64,000 nucleotides of DNA, taken from positions 32,860,001 to 32,924,000 of the forward strand of contig OX597832.1 in assembly GCA_951406725.2 (NCBI GenBank). The letters run 5' to 3'. Numbering within the stretch: position 1 is the first letter of the stretch; every line of letters begins with the position of its first letter. The notes under the pieces were generated by a model. It did no database searches and was not told the DNA's origin. It worked only from the letters and a program-made list of their open reading frames with translations. This document shows, in pieces, positions 1-13,132 of the stretch. This DNA is from Octopus vulgaris (Eukaryota). The translations under genes were made by a program, and so were the position numbers.

Positions 1-138
1 GGACGTGTGTGGCTCTCATGAAAATCAAAACATTCTGAAAACAATTTGTTACCGACCTTCATGTCGCTATTTTCCTGTCCCTCTCTGCTACACACACACA
101 CACACATACACACGCACACACACACGCACACACACACA

Positions 139-176
<38 letters not shown>

Positions 177-177
177 A

Positions 178-1419
178 ACGAGGAGTCACAAACTATCTGC
201 AATTTCACGAAAGCTTACTTTAGTTTGGTCGCACTGCCTTCCGGCCTCGTGTGCTATAAGTTGTTACTCTTGTACTTTCGAAACTGAGGTTCGACTTTGA
301 TTGCACCAGTTATCGTTCGTGTCTTACCGACTAAACATGACTGCACCGATGGCTGTGTTCACCATGGAAGAACAGATATCAATGATCCAATTTCTCCGGT
401 CTGACGTTGTGACAGGAGGTGATAATTATCTCAGGTTTTCAGTAAAATGCGGAGACAGCGCTCTACCTCGTAGAAGTGTGAATATATAAATTGAGAAATG
501 TAAAATTGATCAAATTAGCGTTAACGCACCAAGAGGGAATAGAACTTACATCAACCTCCACCACTGGCGTAACGATTCAACAAAACTAAAAGATGGCTTC
601 GGCTAAAAGACAAGTAAACAACGATGAGGTGATATGCTTTCTACAAATTAGTCGTGGTTCTGCATAGGAAATCCTCCATGGCACGCGTTCCAAGAAAGCT
701 TACCTCACTTCATAAGTGCAATCATGTGGAGATCTGTTAAAGATTTATTTGACCGCTACAAACATGAATAGAGAGAATAGTCATAGGAGGTGAGATCTGG
801 TTGCGTTAGCGTGAATGCAATAGGATGGATATGGAATGGAAACGTCCGGGGTCTCAAAAGAAAAATAAATTCAACATTGAACATTCTGCAGAAAATGTGA
901 CCCACAACTCAGTTGGGGACACGAAAGGGCTTCTACTGGAACATTACCAGGAAAAGGGATCTACAGTCACGAGCGTATGGCGCAGAGAAATAAGGGCCAA
1001 CATACTGAAAATAGCCGTTCTCACAAAATGCCACGACTGTATCAAAGCAAGTGTGATTGTCAAACGACAAATCACACCGTCGTATGGCTGCCCACACACT
1101 TGAAACCATTGAAGAATTGCATTTCGAACTGCTATAACATCCCACACACAGTTCAGATATATTGTTCCTACCAACTATCACCTCTTAGGACCATTCAAAG
1201 ATTCTTTATGGAATTGTCGATTTGCAATGGATGAAGAAGCGCAGGAAGCAGTACATAAATTGTTGTCCGAGCAGCCTTCTTCTTCTGCTTCTTCTTCAAT
1301 GAAAGAAGCCAGCTTCGGTACAAAATGCATCGAAAAGCAAGGAGATTCACTCAAAAAGGAATCGTGCAACACTCACTTTTGTTTTACAGAAACAACAATA
1401 CGTACAGAGTTTGACTTAC

Positions 1420-1425
<6 letters not shown>
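178..1425 (+). mobile_element. Decayed, near full-length mariner (Tc1/mariner) transposon
   Basis: Broken frames give MEEQISMIQFLRSD...(N-term), RIVIGGEIW (cf. RIVTGDETW), MEWKRPGSQKK, WDTKGLLLEHYQEKGSTVTS, IVPTNYHLLGPFK (cf. LAPSDYHLFGPLK) and DEEAQEAVHKLL. Degenerate ends cgaggagtcacaaact ... agtttgacttaccacta. Confidence 0.88.
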
Positions 1426-1477
<52 letters not shown>

Positions 1478-1676
1478 ATACGTACCATACATACACACAC
1501 ACGCAAGCACACACACACACAAACACGAACACACATGAACATAAAGTGAATATAGGAGGTCGTAATCCGATCTGTGTCCTCGTGAAGGACATTTGCATTT
1601 TGAAATTAATCCAAAGTATCTATATACATGTTTTATTTTAAATCTGATATATATATATATATGCCTGTGTGCTTGG

Positions 1677-1755
<79 letters not shown>

Positions 1756-1899
1756 GTGATGGGAATTCATATTATATATTATATTGATTAAAATTCTTGG
1801 AATATTTTCTCCGAAAAAGAAAATAACGGTTTACTTGGTATTCTCATTTCTCTGTAACTTTCCAGAAGAGTCTTCATATTTTCCGAAATATCAACTCAC

Positions 1900-1966
1900 C
1901 AATTTTGTATACTTTCGGAAGCAGACATGACACCGGCAACTCGGCATCATAAGATGAGGATGTAGG
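1900..1966 (-). CDS. Candidate internal exon (67 nt; PTSSSYDAELPVSCLLPKVYKI)
   Basis: Acceptor cacttttag and donor TTG|gtgagt with an open frame. Splice-site pattern only. Confidence 0.3.
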
Positions 1967-3051
1967 CTAAAAGTGAACGTTCCAGCAAACGATGTATGGA
2001 GAAACGGTCACAATTGTTTTTACTGTTGTTTTTGCCGTTTTCAATTTTGCTGCTGGTTTTTGCTGCTGTTATGGTTTTGGTGGTGATACTGACGATGATA
2101 CTGATGATGATGATAATAAAGATGATGATGATGATGACTATTGTGTGGCAGTGTGTCTAGTGATGCTGAAGATGATGATAATGATGGCGGTACAGGTAGT
2201 GATGACGATGCTCTTGAGTTTCATCCTGTTGTCCACGGTGACAGTGCGTGTGCTGTTATTTCGAGCCATGTTAATCTAAATACAGTAAAATTATGAATAA
2301 AGCTTCTGCACCTGCGATAATCCTCACTTATTTTGAAAGTGTTCTGTATTGAGGACTTTCCCATCCAATATGACCGTCCACTTCAAATTAAATGGAAAAT
2401 TTATTCTTTTTCTTTTTGACTTTTGTGATTTTACCAGAGACATATGTTAGGAAATTCTGCAAAGCGAATCGCCATTTTCAATTCGGTTGATTTGAGGAAT
2501 AATTGGCTGGCGGTTTTCGTAGGTTAACACACCACGTTGATGTTCCTTTGTCAGCTCATAATTCCGTCTGTCTGTTCACTACACAATATGGCCTGCTTCA
2601 TTTAGTCGTCCATCTGCTTCACATTTTCTGCATCATTTATAAATGTAATCACATTTTATTTAGACGTATAACAATAACGTTAGGGAACCGGGCTAAAGTT
2701 CACTTCATTTTTTAATACAGTTCCAACACGAATCATAAATCTTTCACCAATAAAACTTCACATAAAGGAGACTGACATTCATATCGATTATATAAATATA
2801 AAATATCGACCACTCACGTTAATTGGCACACTTATAAAAATTAATTGGTTTTGCTGCCACTGGATGTTTTCTATTGATGTGTGTGTGAGAGTAAAAGACA
2901 TACACACACAAACATATACACACACGCACACACACACTCACACACTCACGCAGGCATACATTTATATATTATTTATACATCTATGTACACGCAGATGGAT
3001 ATATGTATGTGACTGTGTGCGTGTATGTATGTATGTATGTATGTATGTATG

Positions 3052-3098
<47 letters not shown>

Positions 3099-3376
3099 AT
3101 ATATATATATATATACATATATTGATGCATGTAGATATGCATGAATATATTGATTTCAGTGTATATCTATACCTATTTATCCTTCTATCTATCTATATAT
3201 CTATCTATCTATCTATCTATCTATCTCTCTTTCTCTATATATATATATGTAAAATATATATATATATATATATATATATTTACATATATACACATACACA
3301 CACATATATTAATATATATATATACATATATATGTGTGTGTGTACGTGGTGTGTGCATGTATGTATATAAATATCA

Positions 3377-3377
<1 letters not shown>

Positions 3378-3439
<62 letters not shown>

Positions 3440-3570
3440 GGAGAAAAAGAAGAAGAAGAAGAAGAAGAAGAAGAAGAAGAAGAAGAAGAAGAAGAAGAAG
3501 AAGAAGAAGAAGAAGAAGAAGAAGAAGAAGAAGAAGAAGGAGGAGGAGGAGGAGGAGGAGAAGAAGAAGA
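3378..3570. repeat. Compound (AAT)n-(AAG)n-(GAG)n microsatellite
   Basis: Direct reading; source of the poly-N/K/E ORFs. Confidence 0.97.
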
Positions 3571-3732
3571 ATATACAGGCGTGGCTGTGTGGTAAGAAGC
3601 TTGCTTCCCAGCCAGACAGTTCCGGTTTCAGTTGCATGCTCGGCACTTTTGGTAAATGTCTTCTGCTATAATCTCGAGCCGACCAAAGTTTTGTGATTGG
3701 ATTTGGCAGACGGAAACTGAAAGAATCCCGTC

Positions 3733-3785
<53 letters not shown>

Positions 3786-3786
<1 letters not shown>

Positions 3787-4013
3787 TTTATTTTAAGCAG
3801 CAGAAAATTCAACAAAATCTGTTACTCTGAGTTTGTCGTTGCCGTTCATCAGACAGTTTTTGCTAGAAAAACTGTCTGATGAACGGCAACGAGAAACTCA
3901 GAGTAACAGATTTTGTTGAATTTTCTGCTGCTTAAAATAAAGCATATTACTCTACCACTGGTATTTGAGTACTCTTTTTTCCACCTTGTTTCACATTTAT
4001 GTGCTTACTCCGG
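3786..4013. mobile_element. Fold-back Penelope-like pseudo-LTR remnant (inverted arms 3786-3861 / 3867-3942) in (TA)n
   Basis: Near-perfect 76-bp inverted repeat with 5-nt loop, hammerhead motif in the arms, TA tracts on both sides. Confidence 0.85.
3872..3909 (+). ncRNA. Minimal hammerhead ribozyme motif
   Basis: ctgt CTGATGA a-cg-gcaa-cg-a GAAA ctcagag TA acag. The antisense copy at 3819-3856 has GAAA>CAAA. Confidence 0.8.
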
Positions 4014-4245
4014 TATATATATATATACATACATATGTTTGTGTGTCTGTGTTTGTTTATCCCTCCATCGCATGAGACCCAGTGTTGGTGTGGTTGTGTC
4101 CCTGTAGCCTAGCCGTTCGGGAAAAGAGAATAAGTACTAGGCTTACACAGGATAAGTCCTGGGGACGGTTTGCTCGACTAAAGACGGTGTTGCAGTTTCA
4201 CCGCAGTCAAATGACTGCAAAATGTAGTGGAATAAAAGAAAGAAA

Positions 4246-4308
<63 letters not shown>

Positions 4309-4365
4309 TGTGTGTATATTCTCATGTATATAGATATATACATATATTCATATATAAGACTCCTT

Positions 4366-4683
4366 TTGCGTAATACGATAAAAAAACCAAGGCTGTATAG
4401 ATATTAGAGCATCTATAGATATGTCTTACAGCTATTTCTAGGATATTAATTAATAATATCCCTTCATCGGAGACGGTGTGAGATGAAAAATTAAGTCTTA
4501 GTTAGTTTCGATGCGATACTGTCTAATATTATCACATCGAAACCAACTATGACTCAATTTTTCATCTCACACCGTATTCGATGAAGGGATATTATTAATT
4601 AATATCTTAGAAACAGCTGTAAGACCTATCTATAAATGCTCTAATATCTATACAGCCTTCGTTTTTTTTATCTCATTACGCAA
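4366..4683. mobile_element. Fold-back Penelope-like remnant (~150-bp diverged inverted arms)
   Basis: ttgcgtaat...atcgaaac arms around a centre near 4520-4528; TA-rich flanks; hammerhead motif in both arms. Confidence 0.85.
4423..4474 (-). ncRNA. Minimal hammerhead ribozyme motif (U4C variant); partner copy 4574-4625 (+)
   Basis: gtct CCGATGA a-gggatatta...taatatcct-a GAAA tagctg TA agac; the + copy has stem III cagctg. Confidence 0.72.
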
Positions 4684-5139
4684 CAAATGCATATATACAC
4701 ACGCTGACACAAAACCAACGTTGAACCCTTTATTCGCAATATTACCGTATCTGGAACTTAATTATGGTCTGTCTATAGCACTTCTTCAGCATTACCTGAC
4801 ACCTTTGGGTCTCAATGACACCATTATCTCTAATAACCTCAACATATATTTATACATGTATATGTGTATACATATATAGATATATATTATATATAGGGAT
4901 AAATTATACGTATGCGCGCGCGTGTAAATATATTTACGCTTCCATAGATACATATGTGATGATTGAAAGCTTTCTCTCGTGAGAAAAGGTTTGCCAAATA
5001 ATAGGAGCTAACATAGCAGGGCCGAAATGGAGGCTGATGGAGCAGACCACGAGCAAAGCAATGCAGGCTGCTACGGCTTGCAGCGCGTGTTGTGGTTTTA
5101 CATTCCATCGAAGAATTTATACGGAAGGTCAGAATAAAA

Positions 5140-5527
5140 CTGAGGATAACCTAGTAGCATATGAGTTGGTAGCGAGTTGTGTCCTTGAGCAAGAGACTCT
5201 ATTCCAGGCAGCTCTACTCTTCTCGGTTGGCAAATACGTGGAATTCCTTATTGCCAAAGGGCCAGTATTATCATACCGATTGTGTCATAATGAATCTCTC
5301 CGAGATCTAGGTTTAGGGTGTACGTACTGGTGCTGTGCTCAGCCATTTGCATGTTAAATACACGACCAGGCTCTTCCACAGATTCGATGAACTGGTCAGT
5401 AAACAGTATGTTAGAATAAGTACGAGGCTTACAAAGAATAAGTCCTGGGGGCGATTTGCTCGACTAAAGGCGGTGCTCCAGCATAGCCAGAGTCAAATGG
5501 CTGGCACAAGTTTAAGAGTAAAGACTA
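5140..5527 (+). mobile_element. SINE fragments (family C-like body followed by a family A 3' tail)
   Basis: gtgtccttgagcaagagact motif; 5411-5527 matches the family A tail gaataagtacgaggcttacaaagaataagtcctgggg. Confidence 0.7.
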
Positions 5528-5528
5528 A

Positions 5529-5587
<59 letters not shown>

Positions 5588-5678
5588 TTATACATATATA
5601 TACATATATACTTATAGATAAATTCCTCTATTTACATAATATTGAGGTCTCATTCGTTCTTTTGTTGTCATATTATTA

Positions 5679-5720
<42 letters not shown>

Positions 5721-6191
5721 GAGGGGAGAGAAAGGGGAAAAGAGAGAGAGAGAGAGAGAGAGAGCAATTGAGTGATTTATTTGAATATACTTACATACAA
5801 GTTTTCATAGATAGATGCATATACAGGAAAATGGTGATTCACTCGTAGAAACCAGTAGACAAGTGCCTCTACTTCCATTCAGTTCCGCAGGGCATCCCAA
5901 ACTCAAAAACAGAATTACGACGTAAACATCTGCACCAATTCTATTACCCACACGCAGCAAATCAAATCTAAACACACGAAGGCACAGACACACATATACA
6001 CACACAGAGTCAATCAATATATCACGTGTGTATATATCAATACACCCTACTAATCATTCGTTTATTTAGTTCTTTTTTATTCCGCTATCTCCTTTCTTAA
6101 CGTGTAAAAGATTGCCGTAGTATAGCGCTTATATATTACCTCTCTTATTGCATTCAGATAAACAGACGTCAATATATGTAAACACACACAC

Positions 6192-6245
<54 letters not shown>

Positions 6246-6353
6246 ATATATATATGTTTATATATAGTTATATGTCTATATATATATATATATATATATG
6301 TATAAACATATATATATATATACATATGTATATATATATATGTATATATATAT

Positions 6354-6399
<46 letters not shown>

Positions 6400-6659
6400 G
6401 TGTCTGTATGCCTTGTTTCTTTTTTGTGTATGTTTGGTAGGAAAAATAATTTGTGATAAGATGGAACAGAACTTTGGGAATTAGATAATTCTGGAAATCA
6501 CAGAGTGCAGAATGATATCCAGCGCTCTATCAGTTATTAACTACATTTTATGGTGTCTATGAAATTACTGACTTTGTGCGATACAAATACACATAGATAC
6601 ATACATGCATGCATACGGACATATATACATCTTTCGCTCTCTCTCTTGACACTCGCTCC

Positions 6660-6699
<40 letters not shown>

Positions 6700-6792
6700 A
6701 TATAGACACATATATATGTGTGTGTGTATGTGCGTGCGAGTGTATGTATATATTTATGCATGTATATATATATATATATATATACGAAGTTT

Positions 6793-6828
<36 letters not shown>

Positions 6829-7956
6829 CATTTACATATGTATACATACATTTATACATGCATACATATATACGTACAGGTTTCTGAAAGGTAAACAATC
6901 TAAGACAGTATTTTTTCATGGATCTCTGTAAATATATATGCGCCTGTGTATATGCATATATGTGTAGCGTGTATGTTTCTCTCTCGCCCGTCTCTCTATC
7001 TCTCTATCTCTCCCTATACATACTTTCGTATGTGTGTATACACACACACACACACACACACTCACACACACACACTCACACACACACACACTCACACACA
7101 CACATATATGTATATATATATACATACATAAACTTACACACACACGCAGACCGCATTTTCCTATCTGTGCTTTTGTACGTGTGTCTGTGTATGTTTATGT
7201 GAGTGTGTGTGGTTTACTCAAGTCGTAGTCTAATGACAATAAATGCTTGAAATACTGAAAGCATTTTTTCACCCAACCCCCCCACCTCCGGCAATATTTT
7301 TATCTGAAAGATAACACACGTTGAAAACATGTCATTTTAGTTAACACTTTTTTGTACTTGTATAAACTTTATCTATAAAGGCAGCAAGTTGTATAGCCAG
7401 AGAGAGTTAGGAGTGAGAACCATCGAGAGAAAATATTGCAGCCCAACACTTGTTAGCAATAGAATTATTATAAATCAGAAATTACTGGCATCGCTCCCTG
7501 CATACCTTCGAGGGAACTATTTCCTCCACCCGATAGATACTTCGGCATATTTAACAATAATACGGCAGAACTTTTTTTATTTTAGTATGCCTAAGTCGAT
7601 TGTATGATATCTTTTTTGATAGTTAAGCTGAATGTGTATAGAGATAACAAATACCACGAGATGTAATTGTACAAATCCATGCATTTTCCCCATATAATAA
7701 TTACATATTAAGTAAAATAAATACCGGAGTTCATTTGCCCCACGCAGACATTACAGGTGCTACACAGAGGCATCGCAAGCTTTTCATCCGAGTTTCTTTG
7801 AACGTCGAGAAGCATTTCGTATCGTAAACAGAAATCTCAGAGTCACAAATGTTTTGCCATTTAATATGTTCGCTTCAACGGAATCGAGAAACGAGGAATG
7901 ACTTTGTTTTCACCAGTGGAAATGTTTAGAACATTGCTAATATGATTATAGAAAAA

Positions 7957-8125
7957 AGGCGGCGAGATGGCAGAAACGGTAGCACACCAGGCGAAATGCT
8001 TAGCTGTATTCCGTCTGATTTTACGTTCAGAGTTCAGATTCCGCCGAGGTTGACTTTCCCTTTCATCCTTTCGGGGTCGATAAATTTAGCACCCTCCTCG
8101 AAAATCTTGCCTAGAGTAGAAAAGA
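7957..8125 (+). mobile_element. tRNA-derived SINE family B
   Basis: ggcggcgagatggcagaaacggtagcac...gagttcagattccgccgaggttgactttccctttcatcctttcggggtcgataaa; similar to 15243, 25335 and 43885. Confidence 0.88.
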
Positions 8126-8584
8126 GACGAATATAGCTACAAAAAAATTGTCCGGGGTAAACTTACAGAGAGAGGTTGCATTCAGATATTAATTTTCATC
8201 AACATTCATTGAAAAAGTTTGAATGTTTTACTTGACAAAACGTAGTACATCTTTTGAACAATAAGAGTACAATGCGTAAGAAACTGTACTCTATAAAAGA
8301 AAATAAATCTATTGCCGAGATCTCTATTCCAATTTTAAATGTCATTATCATTCAAGTAAAAAAAAAAAGTAAGATCAATACATCTGCTAATACAATCGAT
8401 GAAGTAACTTTCGTGCGAAAGTCATCGACCTCAGCGTAGACGCTAGCACTTATTTAAGTATATATATATAAAAAAACAAAAAAAAACAGTGAAATTAATT
8501 TTTAATTAGATAAATTGTATATAAGTAGTGATTAAATTATGACAAAATGTGATCGTACAAATTATGTGGATTCTAACTTCTTAC

Positions 8585-8713
8585 CTAAGAACGTGTCTGC
8601 TACTAACAATGTATTGTACTGACTAACACTATTTGCTAAGTAGATTATATTCCCAAACGTATTCATTTTGAAACAGTGGAAGAAAGAAGCACGTATTTCA
8701 AATTGAATATAGA
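8585..8713 (-). CDS. Candidate internal exon (129 nt, phase 1-1; YIQFEIRASFFHCFKMNTFGNIIYLANSVSQYNTLLVADTFL), loosely cadherin-repeat-like
   Basis: Acceptor ttttctag, donor TAG|gtaaga, only one frame open. Confidence 0.4.
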
Positions 8714-9529
8714 CTAGAAAACGGTAATTTGGTGACAAATGTACAAATGAATCACATGGAATACTTTTCGGCAAAGACTCTTTACTTCAGAATACAATGA
8801 TATTCTAATGACATGGAAACTAGCCTAAAATACTATTTTTTAATTAACCATTTATTTATTGCGATTGCGTATCTGCCCAATTCCCGAGCGTAAACTTACA
8901 CTTAACATCTCCAGGAATGGATTCTGAGTATTGATGTAGGTTTAACTTATCGATTGCTAATTGCTTCTCATTAGTTTACACCAAAGTGAACTATTTTCTC
9001 TTTCATAATAACTATACTTCTGAAACATCATTTGTGACGAATATAATGTGTGTGCCATAATGTGTATACCCGAAGGTCATCAGAAGATTATTTATCGCTA
9101 GTTTTAAATCCATAGGATCGAATCCTATGCGTTCTTTACTCTGCTGACATTATAAGTCAAATGGTGGCAACAGTCTGCCCAGAGGCATTAGTCATTGACT
9201 ATGATTCTTTTGTTGTATTTTTCTTATTTTTTCATTTCAAATATCATCATAATGACTATTGTTAATAATATACCATCATAATCATAAGAATATGTGTGTG
9301 TGCGCGCACGTCTGCGCGCGTGTGTTTATGTGTATGTGTGTGTGTGTGTGTGTAAGTGTGTGTGTGACTACTCGAATTATGATCCGTAAACATGAAGGCC
9401 CTGTTCCATTATGACGGAAGAGATATAATCTCCTCCTTTGTCTGTCTGCTTGGCTCTTCACTTCCTTGTCCCATTTTTTTTTTGGTATTCCATTTTATAT
9501 ACATATGGCAGCGTACGTATACTTTGGGC

Positions 9530-9566
<37 letters not shown>

Positions 9567-9577
9567 TATATACATAT

Positions 9578-9693
<116 letters not shown>

Positions 9694-10444
9694 TGCACGA
9701 CTCTCTTATTCTTTCATTCTTTCATTCTCTCATTCTTTCGTTCTTTCTATCAGACCCTCACACTTACTTCATTCTTTCCAATCTTCTTTCTTTCGTTCCC
9801 CTTCTCCCACATTTTCTGGCTTTCTCTTCATTCTCGCCTTCCCTCCTCTTTTCACTTCACTCTGTCCCTTTTCTTTTTTTCTCGCCCATCCCTAATTCTT
9901 CTATCTCTCTCCCTCTGCTTCTCTCCTCTCTACGTGACCAGTGTTCGACTAAGCCTGACTTTCATTCTTGGTTCGACCTACCATCCGTGCAACATCTGTA
10001 TTCCTCCCCATGCCTGTCATCTCTCATGTCCCTGCCGTAAGGCTTAACTTCCAACACGCCTGCTTAATTTAATTCGTCCTTAGTCGAAAGACTTTTGTTG
10101 TTAATGCCCTGTTATTTGCATTCGTACTTGTGTGCCATTTCTGCCTTCTTTTTTTTCCGTATTTGTTTTCTTATATATTCGCTGCTTTCTTCCAAGGAAT
10201 CAAGTGCTCTTAGCTTAGTTTTTCCTTGGGGCTGACCAAATTAGAGCAATCTCGAGTATAACTAGCCGAAATTCCAAAGATAATCTGGAACTCGATTGAG
10301 GAAAGAAAACTTCGAATGACCCGTCATTGTTTTTTCTTTTTCTCTTTTTTGTATCATCTGTCTGGATGTTTTCTTGTCCCCTCTTCTGTACCTTCTAACT
10401 GTGTGGATGCTTTGCGTTCTTGCCTTGTTTTTTTTTTCCTGTGG

Positions 10445-10600
10445 TTGTTCCTATAAGTACATGTGGTCTTGCTGAAAGGGTACGTTTTAATAAGTATGAT
10501 CTAATGGAAGTCCCTGGTTTCTCAGCGATCTTAATTTTGTGTTTGAGGTCCGTCAGAGCCTTACTAAACCTACAGGATAACACTCCATGAAGAATGGCTT
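10445..10600 (+). pseudogene. Possible decayed GIY-YIG C-terminus of a Penelope-like element
   Basis: Frame-broken KYMWS..KG....MEVPGFSA....LCLR resembles the SKYIWxLK...WSI...CxLCL end of PLE endonucleases (by eye). Confidence 0.35.
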
Positions 10601-11566
10601 CTATAAAGAACACTCACCGATATTTATCTGCCACTACCGTGAGTTTGCTTTATCACAAACCCTTTGTATACTGATCCAATTCTTGTTCCGGTACCCAGGG
10701 TAGATTTCAGTGGCACCTTTCTCTTGTCATCTAAGAATCCTCTAACCCACACTCCGGCTCTATACCATCCGTCGTAGCCACAAAAACCAGCGCATTAGAC
10801 AAATGATCGATTAGTTAGTTGGTTAGATATGTACCCAGCGGATTAAGGACAAAGAAGTGGAAGTGAACTAGCGTGGTTGTCATTGTTGGCGTGATGGCCC
10901 TTCCAAGTCGCAACAAGATTTCTTTCGACACGTGCATTCACATCAAGAATATTGCAAACAATATATAAAAACGCAAAAAAGCCTATTAACATACACACAC
11001 ACACACACACACACACATACACACACACACATACACACACACACACACACACAGAGAGGCACATATATGGGGAGAGAGATGTGTATATATATGCGTATGT
11101 GCATGTGTATGTGTGTATGGATGTATACATGCATGTATGTGTGTGTGTATATTTACGAGCGCAATCTTCACAGAATCCTGAATTTCTTTATTATATTTCA
11201 TGATCGTCTTATCCTGCATTTTATTTCTTATTTTCTTTTTATATTTCCCATCTCCCTTCCTCCATGTTTGCTAACATGAACTTAGGCACCGCACATAGAT
11301 TTTCTTTGGTGTTTATCAACAAAGTGAAATTCTTTTTTTATGTTCATTGTTTCACCTGTTATATAGAGTTGGAACCGTCGTATGTTTGATACTTTGCCAT
11401 TGGTCTGCTCATTTGCTACAAAGTTTCAAAAGAACCAATACTTTTAGATAACTGAAATAAAATATCCATGTTCAGGCAGTAACTACATGAATCAACATTC
11501 ACACATATGTGTATATGTTTGCATATATATGTGTGTATGTATGTATGTGTGTGCATGTGCGTGTGA

Positions 11567-11606
<40 letters not shown>

Positions 11607-11642
11607 ATACATATGTGTATATATCTATATCTATACATAAGC

Positions 11643-11683
<41 letters not shown>

Positions 11684-12365
11684 TGTGTGTATTATAATAT
11701 ATACGATGAAACAACGATAAAAAATATTTGACAGGTTATACTTTTTAAAAGACTGGTATAACGGTACGCGATGGAACTCATGAGACTTGAAAGCTGGGAG
11801 CTTCTGAGATAAAATTTCCTTCCGAATCAGTACAAACAAGACGTTTCAATATGTCAAACGTTCGGCCACAATGTGTGAAAAGACTGACACCTTACAAAGA
11901 TACGGTCAATAGAGTTTTTGCTCTGCGAAAACGGATATCTCAAAGCAATGCGAAGTTAAGAGAGTCTAAATATATGTTGAGTGACTGGAGTTCTTCAAAA
12001 AACTCAAACTTGAAAAAGTTACAGGGAGAAAATCTTTATGATAAACAAAATTACACAACAGACTAGGAAGCTGGGAAGAAATATATTAATGAGAAACTTT
12101 CGTCAAAGCTGAAGATGTTCTGATCGGTTTTAAAATAAGTAACTTTTTAATGGGATCTATTTGGTGTTGTTGCAGTCATGTCTAGATAACAAGAAGGACA
12201 ACTAAATCAGATGAAAAAGTTTAACTTGGTAAACTACAGCAACGAAATAACTTAAACATAGCTGTGAATAAAAAATAGGAAGGTGGATGGATTAAGACTG
12301 AAATAAGTGGTTGTAGAGGAGGAACTTCTTCAGACTGGTTTTGTTTTACATGAATCGTCGAACTC

Positions 12366-13132
12366 TGAACGTCCTAGCTCCTATCCGATCCTTACAGCAG
12401 TGCTTGGAAAGAAGGTGTGTAGTGTGTAATCGTCACATTGATCATGACAGAGAAAGTTGAGCAGAGAATCGGCATCAAATTTTGGCAAAAGGCTGGCGGT
12501 ACTTGTTCAGAGGTCTTCGGAAAGTGTTCTTCCTTCTCAACACAATCAAGGAGATTTTGTGCAACTGAAACCCGGCTGTTCTTGGTCGACTGAAAGCGGT
12601 TTTGACACAAACTTGGCAGACACGCGTCTCATAACTAAATCTTCAGTGATAATGGTCCGAACTGAACCGAAACTAATCTGCACATCCTCTGATAAATTAC
12701 GGATGGTTATTTGACGATTTCCCCTTACAGCTGCACGCACATCTGCGATATTATTCTGAGTTCTGCTGATTGTGGGTCTCCCAGAACTTTTGTCAATATC
12801 GATATGTTTTCGGCCATCTTGGAAACATCTGAGCCAGTCGTACACATGTGTGCAACTCGTTCACTCATTTCCATACACTTTCTCCAACTTTGTGTACGTC
12901 TCTGAGCAAGTATCACCATGTCAGCTTTCTTTGCGATGGTCAATGCGACAATCACTCGCTGCACACCTTCCTACCAAGCACTGCCGTAAACAACAGAAGT
13001 GGGATAGGACGTTAAAATGTTGTGCAGATGCGCAGAGAATTCCAGGTCAGTTTTTGCTAAGTGGCTTTACTCTGCATGCTTTAGCTTCGTTATTACAGCA
13101 ACAGTCCGGATACTTATTGATCAGACCTAGTA
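12366..13132 (-). mobile_element. Mariner 5' half with an inverted second copy of the 5' end (12366-12515, +)
   Basis: ORF 12546-12845 (YDWLRCFQDGR...SGRPTISRT...RRVSAKFVSK); TIR actaggtctgatcaataagtatccgg on the minus strand; + strand MTEKVEQRIGIKFWQK mirrors 12900-13012. Confidence 0.9.

Larger units (their letters stand above)
3575..4222 (+). mobile_element. tRNA-derived SINE family A, interrupted in its internal microsatellite by a fold-back element
   Basis: Head ggcgtggctgtgtggtaagaagcttgc...gacggaaactgaaagaatcccgtcg and tail gaataagtactaggcttac...gcagtcaaatgactg recur throughout the window. Confidence 0.9.

Noticed and set aside
9060-9090. Minus-strand CTGATGA followed by a cUUCGg hairpin
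   Set aside because: No GAAA, stem III or UH follows.
9940-10095. gactaag...cttagtc GAAA long-range pairing resembling a long stem II
   Set aside because: No recognisable CUGANGA core or stem I.
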